From: an uncultured bacterium
GTDB taxonomy: Bacteria > Verrucomicrobiota > Verrucomicrobiia > Limisphaerales > UBA8199
Reading direction: 5' to 3'
Assembly (NCBI GenBank): GCA_963749495.1
Contig: CAVVMW010000014.1
Coordinates: 512,001-576,000, forward strand
DNA: 64,000 bases
Position numbers and translations under genes: made by a program
Notes under the pieces: generated by a model
Databases searched by the model: none
What the model saw: the letters and a program-made list of their open reading frames with translations, nothing else
Told to the model about the DNA's origin: nothing
Part shown: one piece after another, positions 63,189 through 64,000 of the stretch
How positions within the stretch are numbered: position 1 is the stretch's first letter
Layout: every line of letters begins with the position of its first letter

Positions 63189-64000
63189 TCAGTACAAGCG
63201 GTGGCGGAACAGATAGCCAGCCAGGAAGAGATTGATCACGCCGATGATCGCCATGGGCCAGAATTGAGCGACAAGCAGGTAGCAGGGTGTCCCCTCCAGG
63301 AACACGCCGCGCAGGATGATCAGGAAGTAGCGCAACGGGTCGATGTAGGTGATCTGTTGCACCCAATGCGGCATGTTGGCAATGGGCGTCGCGAAGCCCG
63401 AGAGAATGATGCACGGCACCAGAAACAGAAAGGCGCCGAGCAACCCCTGCTGCTGCGTGACCGCCAGTGACGAAATCATCAATCCCATCCCGACGGTGGA
63501 GAGCAGGAAGCAGAGCAGCCCCACATACAGCGTCAGCAAGCCGCCCCGCAACGGCACTTGAAACCAAAGCACCGCGATCAGAATGATCAGCGTGGCCTCG
63601 AAGAGGCCGATGATGAATCCCGGCAAGGCCTTGCCAATCAGAATCTCCCCAGGCCGGGCCGGCGTCACCAGCAACTGATCGAACGTGCCCTGCTCGCGTT
63701 CGCGGGCGACCGAAAGCGCCGTGACCAGCGTGGTGACCACCAGCGTCAGCAATCCCACGATGCCGGGCACGATGAACCAGCGGCTCAACAGATTCGGATT
63801 GAACCACGCCCGCGTTTCCAAACGGGCCACCGCCGTCGCGCCGCCGGCGTGTTGCTGCCAGTCGGTGTTGAACACAACCATCAGGCTGTTGACGTAGCTG
63901 AGCAGGATCGCCGCCGTGTTGGAGTTCCGTCCGTCCACCATCACCTGCACGGGCGCGGAGTGTCCGCTGAGCAAATCCCGGCTGAACTGCGGCCCGATGT
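63189..64000 (-). CDS. ABC-2 type permease (YbhR-like), runs off window end
   Basis: DGRNSN, WFNPNL, AREREQGTFDQLLVTP, LSGFATPIANMP. Confidence 0.92.
   Translation of the reverse strand, partial: IGPQFSRDLLSGHSAPVQVMVDGRNSNTAAILLSYVNSLMVVFNTDWQQHAGGATAVARLETRAWFNPNLLSRWFIVPGIVGLLTLVVTTLVTALSVAREREQGTFDQLLVTPARPGEILIGKALPGFIIGLFEATLIILIAVLWFQVPLRGGLLTLYVGLLCFLLSTVGMGLMISSLAVTQQQGLLGAFLFLVPCIILSGFATPIANMPHWVQQITYIDPLRYFLIILRGVFLEGTPCYLLVAQFWPMAIIGVINLFLAGYLFRHRLY

Overview
High-GC bacterial window; gene style suggests Verrucomicrobia or another PVC-superphylum member (inference). It has three layers. (1) Host-like metabolic genes, many frameshifted, internally deleted or fused in frame to unrelated fragments (URO-D, MurB, BlaR1, CysI, GlgP, GH43, GH55, NTPase, cyclase). 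(2) Mobile DNA: two different IS66-family elements each carrying a DUF4338 gene, a 149-bp MITE with the same ends as one of them, REP-like palindromes with a tnpA remnant, RadC, a candidate restriction nuclease and an integrase stub. (3) An intact 14-kb minus-strand cluster (36.8-50.8 kb) with a PilB/GspE ATPase, one active and one catalytically degenerate SF1 helicase, one active and one degenerate SF2 helicase, a possible gp32-like SSB and a PLD-like protein lacking HxK; a type IA topoisomerase-like ORF lacking the catalytic Tyr lies nearby. Non-coding highlights read from the sequence: three type II hammerhead ribozyme folds at 15.3-16.3 kb (two with an 8-nt CUGANNGA core and covarying stems), four sigma54 promoters sharing a TGG(A/C)AC-N5-GT(T/G)CCA upstream site, and a BlaI operator within a sigma70 promoter. 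No rRNA, tRNA or CRISPR array was recognised. All family calls are by motif recognition only; no searches were run.
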